This document shows positions 47,714-57,710 of a stretch of DNA of 64,000 bases, in pieces. The notes under the pieces are model-generated. The model made no database searches, was not told the origin of the DNA, and was given only the letters and a program-made list of their open reading frames with translations. Positions within the stretch are counted from its first letter, which is position 1. Each line of letters begins with the position of its first letter. Source of the stretch: a bacterium (lineage in GTDB: Bacteria > Electryoneota > Electryoneia > Electryoneales > Electryoneaceae); the NCBI GenBank assembly GCA_963675295.2, contig CAXXKJ010000002.1, positions 3,712,001 to 3,776,000 of the forward strand, written 5' to 3'. The translations under genes and the position numbers were made by a program.

Positions 47714-49183
47714 TCAACCGAGACGGCGGGTCACACCGTCCCGTTCTTCGTCGTTGAGGATGTAATACCACCACAGCAGCGGCAGGAACAGCAGAATCCC
47801 GATTCGCAGCCACATCCCGCCAATCCCGTCAAACGGTTGCGCGAGACCGTAGAACGCGCCGACCGTCGCCGCGATCCGGATGATGCGCGGCCACTCATAC
47901 GGCACGTGATACTTGCGGCGGATGTAGCTGAACAGGATCACGGTCATCACGACATAGCTGACCACGGTCAGCCACGCCGCAGCCATGTAGCCGTAGATGG
48001 GGATCAACAGGCCGTTGCCGCCGATGTTGATCACCGCGGCGGCACCGATCGCGACCGGAATGATCTTCGTTTTCTTCTCGAGGTATACTCCGACCATCAG
48101 GTTGGCGTAAATGCCGTTGAAGACGTGCGCCAGCATCACAATCGGCACAATCTGGAAGCCCGCCCAGTAAGCGGCATTGATCAGGTGGCCGGGCTCGCCG
48201 TTTTCACCGATCCCCGGAATCGGTATCTTTAACAACGTCGGCAGGAAGAACGCGCAGAAGATCCAGATCCATCCGGTGAACAGGATGTAGTAGGTCAGCA
48301 CCCGCGCAAACAACGGCTTCGCGTCGGCGTCCTTGGCGGTTTTGAGGAAGAACGGTTGCCACGCATAGCGGAACGCCTGCGCGATCATGCTCATCAGCAT
48401 CGCGACACGGTAGCCTGCGGCGTAAATTCCGGCATCATCCAGCCCCATGTACAGCTCGATCCACTTCCGGTCGCTGAACTCGATCGCGATCATGAACAGC
48501 TGGCTCGGCAGGTTGGGCAGCCCGAAGATCATCCATTCCTTGACCATCGGCCAGCTCCAGCCGAGCGTGATGTCGCGCCACGCCAGCACCGCCAGCGCGA
48601 TCAGCACGGCGGTGGACGCTCCGAGGAACGCCCAGAACGCACCGAGCACGCCCCAGCCGAAGACACCAACGAACAGGATGTTGAGACCGATGTTGACGGC
48701 GACATTAACCGTGCGGATCGTCGAGAACGCCGCCGCGCGGTTGTTGATCCGCAGCCAGTTGTAGATGTGTGCGCCGAGGGTGTCGACCAGGATGATGATC
48801 GCGGCGATCCGGGTCAGTTGTTCGCCGAGCACGCCGGTGTCCGAGACGAACAACTGGGAGACCACCGGCGCAAACACGAACAACGCAACGGTAATCACGC
48901 CGCCGGTGATCAGCGAGTGCACCAGCATCGAGCCGAGGTGCTTCTTCTGTTCGTCACGGTTCGCGTCCGCCGAATACCGCAGGTATGCGATGTCCATGCC
49001 GTGGATGTACACCGGTTGCAGCAACGCGACCAGCAGCATGAACAGCGCGTAGATGCCGTACTCCCCCGTCGTCATCAGGTGGGAGTAGTACGGCAGCAGC
49101 AGGAAATTCACGGCCCGGGCGGCGATAGTGCCGAGGCCGTAGATCACCGATTCTTTCAGCAGTTGGCGGATTTTTGCGAACAT
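47714..49183 (-). CDS. Oligosaccharide flippase (Wzx/MOP family)
   Basis: IYGLG......NFLLLP, EYG, DRKWI, GIYAAG...A, LLIP.YG..AAW; many TM helices. Confidence 0.88.
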   Translation of the reverse strand: MFAKIRQLLKESVIYGLGTIAARAVNFLLLPYYSHLMTTGEYGIYALFMLLVALLQPVYIHGMDIAYLRYSADANRDEQKKHLGSMLVHSLITGGVITVALFVFAPVVSQLFVSDTGVLGEQLTRIAAIIILVDTLGAHIYNWLRINNRAAAFSTIRTVNVAVNIGLNILFVGVFGWGVLGAFWAFLGASTAVLIALAVLAWRDITLGWSWPMVKEWMIFGLPNLPSQLFMIAIEFSDRKWIELYMGLDDAGIYAAGYRVAMLMSMIAQAFRYAWQPFFLKTAKDADAKPLFARVLTYYILFTGWIWIFCAFFLPTLLKIPIPGIGENGEPGHLINAAYWAGFQIVPIVMLAHVFNGIYANLMVGVYLEKKTKIIPVAIGAAAVINIGGNGLLIPIYGYMAAAWLTVVSYVVMTVILFSYIRRKYHVPYEWPRIIRIAATVGAFYGLAQPFDGIGGMWLRIGILLFLPLLWWYYILNDEERDGVTRRLG

Positions 49184-49268
49184 GGGGTGAAAGTAGGTCT
49201 CCGGGTTCTCGTTTGCCAGCGTCCTCTCTCACCTGTGAGGACCGTGGGGATACCCCTGCAGCTCGTGA

Positions 49269-50510
49269 TCAGAAAAAATCGCTGATCGCAACGGTCATGC
49301 CGAGCCAGAATGTGGTGAACGTGTAGTCACGGCTGCCGTCAACAGACTGATGCAGCCAGTATTCCCAATAGTGATAGGATTGGTCGTACTGTTCGTGTTC
49401 GTAAGCCGCGTTGATGCTGAAGCTGTCGAAGTCGATGCCGAGGCCGCCGGTGAGCACGGTTGCGACAACGTTTGGATCGTCATCAGAGGACATCGGGAGT
49501 TCATGATAGCGGTAGCCGCCACGCAGGTTGATCACGGCCACATCCCACGGAATCAGGTACTCCGCTCCGAAGCGGAACTGGCGGCTGGTGTCCGACGCGT
49601 ACTGGTCACTGATGCCCGGCAGACTCGCCCCCCCATCGGCAGCGGGTGCGGCATAGATACGGTTGATGCTGTGATCGTACCGCCATTCTCCGTCTACGGT
49701 GACCGTCAACCGGTTCCACCCCAGCCATTGCACGCCAAGACCGTACGCCGTGCCCAGTGGAGTGAGGCGATCGTAGTCCAGGTAGTCATTCGCGCCGAAC
49801 GCTGAGTAAACAAACCCTCCGTCGGATTCCAGGTTGATACCGGGCCGGAACATCCCGGCGAAGGTAAGCTGATGCGAGGTTCGCGGAATCATGAGCGGAA
49901 CTGCCACCCCGAGCGTGAGGCCATTGCCGGAATACGTCACTTCGGTGTCTTGAAACATGTAGTCAACGTTTGAGGCAAGCTGTTCATAAGGACTTCCGCT
50001 CGATTCACGGGAATACGATCCTGACCAGATGTTGTACGCTGCTCCCAGGCAGAAGTGCTCTTGCGGCTGAACTCCAACCGAGAACGAGTACATCATCATG
50101 CCGCCATCCCAGTCGTCCTCGTTCAGCACGGGATGCATCGCACGTCCGGCCAGCACGCCAAAGGACAGCGTGTGGTTCACGGGAACAACGAGCGACGCCT
50201 GGTGCAATGCGATCTGTCCACTGGACCCAGGATTCACAAAGGGAAACGTGGACCCGGAAACATCCTCCGAGCGGGTCTCACCAGCCAGGGTGATCGTCCA
50301 GTCTTCACTCAATCCAAGCAGCGCCGGATTGTGATAGATCGCCTCGCCGTTTTGCGCGGAGGCGATCCCCACCCCACCCATCGCGGAGGAACGCACACCG
50401 AACCCTTCCGGATCGAAGAATTGCGCGCGCGCGGCGGCTGCCGTCAGGCACAGAATGGTCACGGTGAATACGATCAGGAAACGGCTGAGTCCGGCGTGTT
50501 GCCCGTGCAT
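49269..50510 (-). CDS. FadL/PorV-like outer-membrane beta-barrel protein A
   Basis: Signal peptide; GVRSSAMGG.GIA......AIYHNPALL plug motif; alternating beta-strand pattern; C-terminal FF. Confidence 0.75.
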   Translation of the reverse strand: MHGQHAGLSRFLIVFTVTILCLTAAAARAQFFDPEGFGVRSSAMGGVGIASAQNGEAIYHNPALLGLSEDWTITLAGETRSEDVSGSTFPFVNPGSSGQIALHQASLVVPVNHTLSFGVLAGRAMHPVLNEDDWDGGMMMYSFSVGVQPQEHFCLGAAYNIWSGSYSRESSGSPYEQLASNVDYMFQDTEVTYSGNGLTLGVAVPLMIPRTSHQLTFAGMFRPGINLESDGGFVYSAFGANDYLDYDRLTPLGTAYGLGVQWLGWNRLTVTVDGEWRYDHSINRIYAAPAADGGASLPGISDQYASDTSRQFRFGAEYLIPWDVAVINLRGGYRYHELPMSSDDDPNVVATVLTGGLGIDFDSFSINAAYEHEQYDQSYHYWEYWLHQSVDGSRDYTFTTFWLGMTVAISDFF

Positions 50511-50526
50511 GATGCCCCCCGTTTGG

Positions 50527-51777
50527 TTACCACAATTCCGACAGATTCACCGCCGCTCCGGCGATGAAGGTGTTGTATCCGTAGCTGACACGTTCCTCAA
50601 TCGACTTGATCTCGCGGAATTCGACCGGCAGGATGTGTGACGCGCTGGATTTCTGATACGCCAGGTTGAACTGGAACAGCTCCGAACGGAACCCGATCCC
50701 GAGGCTCAGCGCTTCCGCCCCGACCGGGCTGTCGTCTTCATTGAGGAACGGCATCGTGAAGTGGCGATAGCCCATTCGTAGCGGGATCTCGAAGTTCTCG
50801 AACGGGATCGCGTACTCAGCGCCCGCGCCCAGCTGCCACGTGTGCTCTGCGTTTGGCACCTTCAGCGTCACCGAGTCATTCACCGGGCCAGGGAACCAGT
50901 CAATCACCCGTGTGTATTCGTATGGTTCATCCCAGATCCGGTATTCGAAGTCGGTCGCGATGGTGACCCGGTTGTTGATCAGCCAGCCGAGCCCAGTGCC
51001 AAGGGTCAACGGCATGTCGATGTCCTCCTTACCCTCGAACGTGTACAGCAGGCCGTTCACCACGCGCATCGAGTTGGGATCGCTGTTCAGCTTGAACGGC
51101 AACCGCGCCGCCGCGCCGAGATACACCTTGTGCTGTTCGTAGTGTTCGTACAGCGTCACCTGCGTACCGATGGTCGCATTCAGCCCGCTCAGCTCGATGT
51201 CTTCCCAGTCGGTTTCGGCAATGATGCTGCCATCCTCTCGCGAATACACGAACGGATGAACCTCCGGTGAGTCCCCCTCGAATGTGAGTTTCCCGGTCCA
51301 GATGTTGACTGCTGCCCCGATCCGCCAGCCATCCATCACCTGCACTGCAACGCTCGGCGAAATCATTTCAACGCCGCCGTCGAAGCCGAAATCGTTGTAG
51401 ATCGGTTCCACCGGCCGGGTGTGGGCGATGCCGAAGGTAACGCGGTCATCCCAGACGGGGAGTGGCAGCACCAACGCGGCGAGGTGGGAGCGGGTCGTGG
51501 TGCCGTCCACGATCGTGCCGACAAAATCCGAACGCATGACATTCTCGCCGCGTGTCCGGATCGCGAGGCTCAGGATGGTTTGGCCGTTCCAACCAATTAA
51601 CGCCGGATTGGTCATGAACGCTTCGTCCCCTGTCGCTACCGCCAGCCCGGTTCCACCCATGGCGACGGTTCGCGGTCCGACCGGGACATAATCCCAGGTT
51701 TGCGCGCTTGTGATTGTTGGCAGCACAAACACAGCGGTTACCAGAATGCAGAGTGCAAGCTTGCCCTTGATTGTCAC
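50527..51777 (-). CDS. FadL/PorV-like outer-membrane beta-barrel protein B
   Basis: GPRTVAMGGTGLA......NPALI; GAEY, PLRMGY. Confidence 0.75.
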   Translation of the reverse strand: MTIKGKLALCILVTAVFVLPTITSAQTWDYVPVGPRTVAMGGTGLAVATGDEAFMTNPALIGWNGQTILSLAIRTRGENVMRSDFVGTIVDGTTTRSHLAALVLPLPVWDDRVTFGIAHTRPVEPIYNDFGFDGGVEMISPSVAVQVMDGWRIGAAVNIWTGKLTFEGDSPEVHPFVYSREDGSIIAETDWEDIELSGLNATIGTQVTLYEHYEQHKVYLGAAARLPFKLNSDPNSMRVVNGLLYTFEGKEDIDMPLTLGTGLGWLINNRVTIATDFEYRIWDEPYEYTRVIDWFPGPVNDSVTLKVPNAEHTWQLGAGAEYAIPFENFEIPLRMGYRHFTMPFLNEDDSPVGAEALSLGIGFRSELFQFNLAYQKSSASHILPVEFREIKSIEERVSYGYNTFIAGAAVNLSELW

Positions 51778-51813
51778 GACTCAATCCCCCTCACGGTGAA
51801 GCGGTCTGCCAGA

Positions 51814-52995
51814 TCAGTTAACAGTGGGTACGAACGGCATCGGCATCGACACTCCCAGCGATAACGTGCCCAGCTCGGTGTCGCTCAGCGACGGCAACGC
51901 CATTCTCATTTCCTGGTCAAGATAGGCGTCGTAGTCGGTCTGATACAGGCTCGACCACGCGAGCTCAAGCCGGTAACCGTTCAACTCCACCCCGCTGCCG
52001 CAACTCCAGCCCCACGCCGAGTTCTTATTCTGCCGGAACAGACGCGTGGTCACAGAACGGACCCCCGCGCGCACCGGAATGCGGGCATCTCCCAGCAGCA
52101 CGACATACTCTCCACCCACCCGGAAGCCGCGTTGTTCGCCAGGTGTGTCGCTGGTTTCCGGCCGGTATTCGAACTCGAAGGACGCGGTCACGATGTCCTT
52201 CCACTGGAACGCGTATCCGTAGGTGATCTGCCACGGCAACTGGATCTTGTACTTTTCACCGATGTTACTGTCGTCCCGTGGGATCGGCGGCCGGCCGTGA
52301 AGTTCGAGGGTCAGCGGCGATTGCACCGCCATGCCGAGCAGGAAGGTTGCGCTTGGCGGCACCCAGAACGAGAACCCCAGTCCGAACGTCGCGTTGACGC
52401 CGCTGAGATCGCTGCGTGGCGCGCCGGCTACATACCCGCCGTCCGGATCACGTGGCAGCTCGACCGCTTCGACGTTGTACTGCCCGCGCCAGATGTTAAC
52501 TGAGATGCCGGTGTTGAGCCCCTCCAGCGGCTGCATCGCCAGCGACGGGCCGAAGGTGTAGACCTCGCCGCTGCTGTCCCATTCACGGTAGAGCAGGCCG
52601 AGCGGTGTGCCGGCGTGTATCCCGGCGACAAACGGGCGGCCGTACAACTCCCCCTGCGGCAGTAGAATCGCGAGATAATCGAGGTTGAAATCGGAGGACA
52701 GTTCGCTGAACGACAGGCTGTTGTTTACGTTCGGCGGAGTGGAATTCCAGCGGCCACGAGTGTGCAGCACCACCTCGCCGGAGGTCGCGGCCACCATCCA
52801 TGCCGGGTTGATCGCCAGCGCTTCGCCGGGTGCGACCGACGCGACCCCGGTGCCGCCCATCGCCTGCACTCGCACGCCCACCGGCAGCCGGTCGAAATCC
52901 TGGGCATGAGAAAACGCCGGGACCATGCACACGAGCGCGCACAAGACACCGGCGGAAAGAATGCTGTGAATGCTTACACGGCCAGCTTTCATCAC
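51814..52995 (-). CDS. FadL/PorV-like outer-membrane beta-barrel protein C
   Basis: GVRVQAMGGTGVA......NPAW; GGEY, PVRAG. Confidence 0.72.
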   Translation of the reverse strand: MMKAGRVSIHSILSAGVLCALVCMVPAFSHAQDFDRLPVGVRVQAMGGTGVASVAPGEALAINPAWMVAATSGEVVLHTRGRWNSTPPNVNNSLSFSELSSDFNLDYLAILLPQGELYGRPFVAGIHAGTPLGLLYREWDSSGEVYTFGPSLAMQPLEGLNTGISVNIWRGQYNVEAVELPRDPDGGYVAGAPRSDLSGVNATFGLGFSFWVPPSATFLLGMAVQSPLTLELHGRPPIPRDDSNIGEKYKIQLPWQITYGYAFQWKDIVTASFEFEYRPETSDTPGEQRGFRVGGEYVVLLGDARIPVRAGVRSVTTRLFRQNKNSAWGWSCGSGVELNGYRLELAWSSLYQTDYDAYLDQEMRMALPSLSDTELGTLSLGVSMPMPFVPTVN

Positions 52996-53211
52996 ACGTC
53001 CCTCACTCGACTTCTGTCTCAGCGCCGGAAGCTGTGTCCATGGCGCGGGAGCTGTCTACAGTGTGAGCAACGTGTGCTGACGACCTCCTGAATGGCGTTG
53101 ACCGTGTCGTTAACAATACATCGAAAAACGCAAGCGTGGCAAGGATTTGCTCGAACGAGCATGAAAATCTGTCTCGGGAGGGGCACCTCAGACCCCACCG
53201 GGAGTCCAAGC

Positions 53212-53345
53212 CAACCGGGGACACTTTGTCCGACCCGAAGTACAAGCCAGCTGAACACACAACCGGGGACACTTTGTCCGACCCGAAGTACAAGCCAGCT
53301 GAACACACAACCGGGGACACTTTGTCCTCAAAGTGTCCCCGGTTG
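53212..53345. repeat. 48-bp tandem repeat (2 full units plus a partial) ending in a 17-bp perfect hairpin
   Basis: Units start at 53212, 53260 and 53308 (caaccggggacactttgtcc...); the last arm is closed by caaagtgtccccggttg around a TCCT loop. Confidence 0.85.
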
Positions 53346-53392
53346 ATCTATACACACAGATGGTCGACCGTAGCCCGCAGCCTGTGATTCTC

Positions 53393-55780
53393 CTATTCCA
53401 CCCTGAGCGTATCCGCCGGTTTGGTCAGCGCGGCACGGATCGCCTGCCCACTCACCGTCAGGAACGCGATCGCAAGCGTCGCCAGCGCCGCTAACGCAAA
53501 CACCATCGGTTCGACACCGACCTTCACCTGGAACGATCCCAGCCACTTGTTCATTACGTACCACGCAAGCGGCCACGCGATGGCGTTCGCAATCAGCACC
53601 AGGATTACAAATTCCTTCGACAGCAACATCACAATCGACCCCACCGATGCGCCCAGCACCTTGCGCAGCCCGATTTCCTTGGTGCGGGCCTGTGCGACAT
53701 ACGCCGCCAGCCCGAACAGGCCCAAGCATGCGATGAAGACGGTGAACGACGCGAACGCGAGGAACAGTTCGCCGAAGCGCTGGTCGGCGGCGTACTGGCT
53801 GGCGTACTCCTCGTCGAGGAAGAAGTATTCGAACGGCCATCCCGGCGCGAATTCCGACCATACGTCCTTCGTGTGCGCCAACGCGCCTTCCAGGTCACGG
53901 CCGTCAAAACGGATCGAGAGGAAATTCAACGGGAACACGTTCATATGCATCACCATCGGCGCCAACGGTTCGTGCAGCGACAAATGGTGATACGCCTTGA
54001 ACACACCGATGACCGGGCCTTCGTTGCCGTCCCCACGCGGCGGAAAATCAAATTCCATCCCGACCGGATTCTCCCAGCCCAGTTCCTTCGCCTCGACTTC
54101 GTTGATCACAAACGCCGCAGAATCCGCGGGGAAATCCTTATCGAAGAACCGGCCCTCGATCATCTCGATCTGGTAGGTATCGAGGTAATCCTCATCAACG
54201 ATCTGAATCCCGGCCCGCCGGACATCGTCATCCGGCACTCCTTCCGGCAACACCAACAGGATCGGATGCTGCCGTCCCGGGACTGATCCCGAGGCCGCCG
54301 CCGCCCTGATTGCGCTGTGTTCGAGCAGGCTGTTCTTGATCGAGTCGATCTTATCGCGCACTTCCTGGTTCTGCAGCTGCAGCACGAGGATGTGATCCTT
54401 CTGGAAGCCCAGGTTTTGCGCGTTGAGGAACTGCATCTGACGGAAGACGACCAGCGTACCGATAATCAGCACCACCGAGACCGCGAACTGGGTGACGACC
54501 AGCGCCTGACGCACCCGTGCGCCGATCGGTCCCTGTCGTACCTGGCCCTTAATCACGTCCACCGGCTTGAACGAGCTGAACACCAGCGCCGGACCGAGCC
54601 CGGACAGGAACGTGACCAGCAGGTAGAGTCCGAAATAGCTGAGCAGAAACATCGGCGACGCGAACACGCCACGGGCCAGTTGCAACCCGAACAGGTTGTT
54701 GAAGGTCGGCAGCAGCAGCTCCAGTGCGAGGTACGCGATGGCAAACGCGACAAACGCCAGCAGCGCCGACTCGCCGAAGAACTGCTGGATCAGCTGCCCA
54801 CGCCTCGCGCCGACCACCTTGCGCAACCCGACTTCGGCGGCACGTCGTGTCGAGCGTGCGGTTGAGAGGTTGATGAAGTTGATGCACGCGATCAGCACCA
54901 CCAGCACCCCGATCGCGCCGAATACCATCACTCGGTACAGGTCGCCGTTGGTCTGGATCTCGCCGATTTTGTGCGAGTGCAGGTGAACGTCGGTCAGCGG
55001 CAGGATCGTCGCCATCAGGTGATTCCCGAACGCGTCGAACCATTCCTTGGCCGTCGCGTCGATCACATCCTGCATCCCCGCCGCAATCGGCTCAATCGAC
55101 TCGCCTTCCGGCAGCACGATGAATGTGCTGAACGACAACAGGAACCAGCCGTTCGCCGGATGGCCGGGGGTCTGGTAGTACTTCAGGCCGCTGAGCATCT
55201 GGAACGAGAACTGCGACTCCTCCGGCATCTCGCCGAGGATCCCGGCGACCATCACGTCCTGCGTGTTGTTGATCGTGATTGACTTGCCGATCGGGTCGTC
55301 GTCGCCGAACAGTGCGTGCGCCGCTTCCTGCGTGATGCACACCTGGTGCGAATCGGCGAGCACCGTGTTCGGATCGCCCTCGAGCAGCGGCACGTCGAAC
55401 ACGTCAAAGATGGTCGTGTCCGCGCTGCACAGGGTCTCGATCCGGTAGCTGCGGTCTTCATGCGAAATCAGCAGGTTGCGCTGGAACGTCATCCGCACAC
55501 CGGTCTCGATCTGCGGGAAGTGTTCCTGCAACGCCGGCAGCAGGTCCCACCCGGACCGCGCGGTTTCGGTGACCGTGTCGCCATTCTGCATGTCCAGCGC
55601 CAGCCGCCAGGTCCGGTCCGCCATCGGGTGATGCTTGTCGTAGGACGTTTCGTGGATCACGTACTGGAACAGGAACACGCTGAGCATGATTCCGGACGCG
55701 AGGCCGAGGATGGTGATCAGGCTGTGCAGCTTCTGGCGTTTGTGCACGCGCAGGGCGAGTTTCAGGTCATTCCAGCTCAT
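53393..55780 (-). CDS. ABC transporter permease, duplicated MacB/FtsX domains
   Basis: IACINFINLSTARS..RA.EVGLRKVVGA; LVVTQF; IACLGLFGL....RTKEIGLRKVLGAS. Confidence 0.93.
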   Translation of the reverse strand: MSWNDLKLALRVHKRQKLHSLITILGLASGIMLSVFLFQYVIHETSYDKHHPMADRTWRLALDMQNGDTVTETARSGWDLLPALQEHFPQIETGVRMTFQRNLLISHEDRSYRIETLCSADTTIFDVFDVPLLEGDPNTVLADSHQVCITQEAAHALFGDDDPIGKSITINNTQDVMVAGILGEMPEESQFSFQMLSGLKYYQTPGHPANGWFLLSFSTFIVLPEGESIEPIAAGMQDVIDATAKEWFDAFGNHLMATILPLTDVHLHSHKIGEIQTNGDLYRVMVFGAIGVLVVLIACINFINLSTARSTRRAAEVGLRKVVGARRGQLIQQFFGESALLAFVAFAIAYLALELLLPTFNNLFGLQLARGVFASPMFLLSYFGLYLLVTFLSGLGPALVFSSFKPVDVIKGQVRQGPIGARVRQALVVTQFAVSVVLIIGTLVVFRQMQFLNAQNLGFQKDHILVLQLQNQEVRDKIDSIKNSLLEHSAIRAAAASGSVPGRQHPILLVLPEGVPDDDVRRAGIQIVDEDYLDTYQIEMIEGRFFDKDFPADSAAFVINEVEAKELGWENPVGMEFDFPPRGDGNEGPVIGVFKAYHHLSLHEPLAPMVMHMNVFPLNFLSIRFDGRDLEGALAHTKDVWSEFAPGWPFEYFFLDEEYASQYAADQRFGELFLAFASFTVFIACLGLFGLAAYVAQARTKEIGLRKVLGASVGSIVMLLSKEFVILVLIANAIAWPLAWYVMNKWLGSFQVKVGVEPMVFALAALATLAIAFLTVSGQAIRAALTKPADTLRVE

Positions 55781-55943
55781 GGCAGGGTCTCGTCATGTGT
55801 GGACGCGGCAACGGTCAACTCTGGCTTGCTCCGCACAACAGATCTTCGCGGTTGCGCAAACGTGTCGTGCCGGGTATGCAAAAGCTACGGCACGCTTCGT
55901 CGAATTGCCCATACGACGACAGGCCTTGGGGGGAGGTTACAGA

Positions 55944-56091
55944 ATCAGTAGTCAGTAGTCAGTACACTGTCCTCAGTGGATAGTCAGGTAGTCATCCTGA
56001 CGCGCCGCAGGCAGGAGAAGGATCCCTCTTCATCAGTGGTCAGTGGTCAGTTATCAATTACTCATCACTCATAACTCATCACTCACCACTC
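55944..56091. repeat. Mixed heptamer arrays around a GTCATCCTGA...AAGGATCC REP-like element
   Basis: (tcagtag)n, gtcatcctgacgcgccgcaggcaggagaaggatccc, (tcagtgg)n, (actcatc/actcata/actcacc)n, downstream of pyk. Confidence 0.65.
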
Positions 56092-56095
56092 GAGG

Positions 56096-57553
56096 TCAGA
56101 TCTCATCCCCGACCGTCAGCGCGCGGAGAAAATTGGTCGTACCGGCTTTTTCGACGGGCAGACCGCCGGTCAGGATCACACGATCTCCCGCCGCGACGTA
56201 GCCCTCCTGTTTTGCTTTCTCGATCAGCAGCTCGGTGGTTTCCTTCATCCCCTTGCCAGGATCGACCATCACCGGGTGCACCGCCTGGTAGAACGCCAGC
56301 CGTCGCGCAGTTTCCCGTCTTGTGGTACCGACGAGGATCGGCACGCCCATCCGTTGCCGGCTCATCCTCATCGCGGTCGAGCCGCTGCTGATCGGCGCGA
56401 GAATCGCCTTCGCCTCGAGTTGACGTGCCAGTTCCTTCACCGCGCGGGAGACGGCGCTGTCGACGCTGCTGTCCTTCTTCTTCGTCAGCGGGATCTCGAC
56501 CACCGGCTCGGTCGCGGTGAGGATCCGGCTCATGATCTCGACCACCAGTTGCGGATGTTTGCCGATGGCGGTTTCACCGGACAGCATCACGGCGTCGGTG
56601 GCGTCGTAGACAGCGTTCGCGACGTCGGTAGCCTCGGCACGGGTCGGACGTGGCGCGCTGACCATTGACTCCAGCATCTGGGTTGCGGTGATCACGAAGC
56701 GGCGTTGTTCGCGCGCGAGGTGGATCAGGTGTTTCTGGATGACGGGTACCCGTTCAATCGGCATTGCGATGCCGAGGTCGCCACGCGCGACCATGATTCC
56801 GTCACAGCGCTGGATGATCTGTTCGATATTTTCGACGGCGCGCGGTGTTTCGATCTTTGCGATCAGCAGCGGCGCATACTCGCCTTTGCGTTGCATGAAG
56901 CGACGTACGGCAATGAGGTCGTCCGGTCCCTGCACGAAGGATAACGCGACCGCGTCCACACCCAGTTGCAGGCCGAACGCGATATGATTCCAGTCGTCCT
57001 CGGTGACCGCCGCGAGGTCGAGATCGGTGTCCGGAAAGTTGAGCCCTTGGCGGGAACGGATCTCGCCGTCGGTGCGAACCGTGGCGGTGATCGTGTCGTC
57101 CGAGACCTTCTCGACCTCGAGCTGCATCGCGCCGTCCCCGAGCAGGATGCGTTCCCCGGGCTCGACCGAGCGGTGCCAGCCGTCGCTTGCGAAGCCGACG
57201 CCGGACTCATCCCCGGTTGACTCGTTGTTGACACGGAAGGTGAAGGTGTCGCTCGCGGCGACGGTCACCGGTTCGTCCTTGAATTCCCCGATTCGCAGTT
57301 TCGGGCCGGGGATATCCTGCAGGATGGCGATGGTCTTGCCGGACTCTTCGGCGATTCGGCGGATGGCGTCGAAGGTGTGCGCGTGCTGGTCGTACGTGCC
57401 GTGGCTGAAGTTGAGCCGGAAGATATCGGCGCCGGTATCGATCAGGGCGCGGATGGCGTCGTCGGTATTGGATGCCGGGCCGAGGGTGGCGACGATCTTC
57501 GTCAGGTGGCTGCCGGGCTGCGAACTGCGAGCGGTCGCAGACATGGGTTTCAT
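56096..57553 (-). CDS. pyk: Pyruvate kinase
   Basis: TKIVATLGPAS, RLNFSHG, GPKLR, IAKIE, GIMVARGDLG, TATQMLESM, PTRAE..DVANA, DAVMLSGETA. Confidence 0.97.
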   Translation of the reverse strand: MKPMSATARSSQPGSHLTKIVATLGPASNTDDAIRALIDTGADIFRLNFSHGTYDQHAHTFDAIRRIAEESGKTIAILQDIPGPKLRIGEFKDEPVTVAASDTFTFRVNNESTGDESGVGFASDGWHRSVEPGERILLGDGAMQLEVEKVSDDTITATVRTDGEIRSRQGLNFPDTDLDLAAVTEDDWNHIAFGLQLGVDAVALSFVQGPDDLIAVRRFMQRKGEYAPLLIAKIETPRAVENIEQIIQRCDGIMVARGDLGIAMPIERVPVIQKHLIHLAREQRRFVITATQMLESMVSAPRPTRAEATDVANAVYDATDAVMLSGETAIGKHPQLVVEIMSRILTATEPVVEIPLTKKKDSSVDSAVSRAVKELARQLEAKAILAPISSGSTAMRMSRQRMGVPILVGTTRRETARRLAFYQAVHPVMVDPGKGMKETTELLIEKAKQEGYVAAGDRVILTGGLPVEKAGTTNFLRALTVGDEI

Positions 57554-57710
57554 CCCTTGCTAGGTGGTAAACCTGTTCCCTACTATCATCAGATTGCGGT
57601 TGGCTTTTGCGTCCTGTTTCCGTAGTTTACAGGGTTCACAATCGCGGCCCCGCGACACGAATCCCGCAGATCGTTGTGAAGAGTATGCTACGGCAACCCG
57701 TTGGGGGAAG

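Noticed and set aside
53137-53151. Sigma-54 promoter (TGGCA...TTGC)
   Set aside because: GG-to-GC spacing is 9 nt rather than 10, and it faces away from the adjacent gene start.
53212-53345. CRISPR array
   Set aside because: The would-be spacers are identical, there are only three partial repeats, and no cas genes are present; it is a tandem duplication.
53003-53387. Small ORFs with internal 16-aa repeats
   Set aside because: They are by-products of the 48-bp DNA repeat and appear in several frames on both strands.
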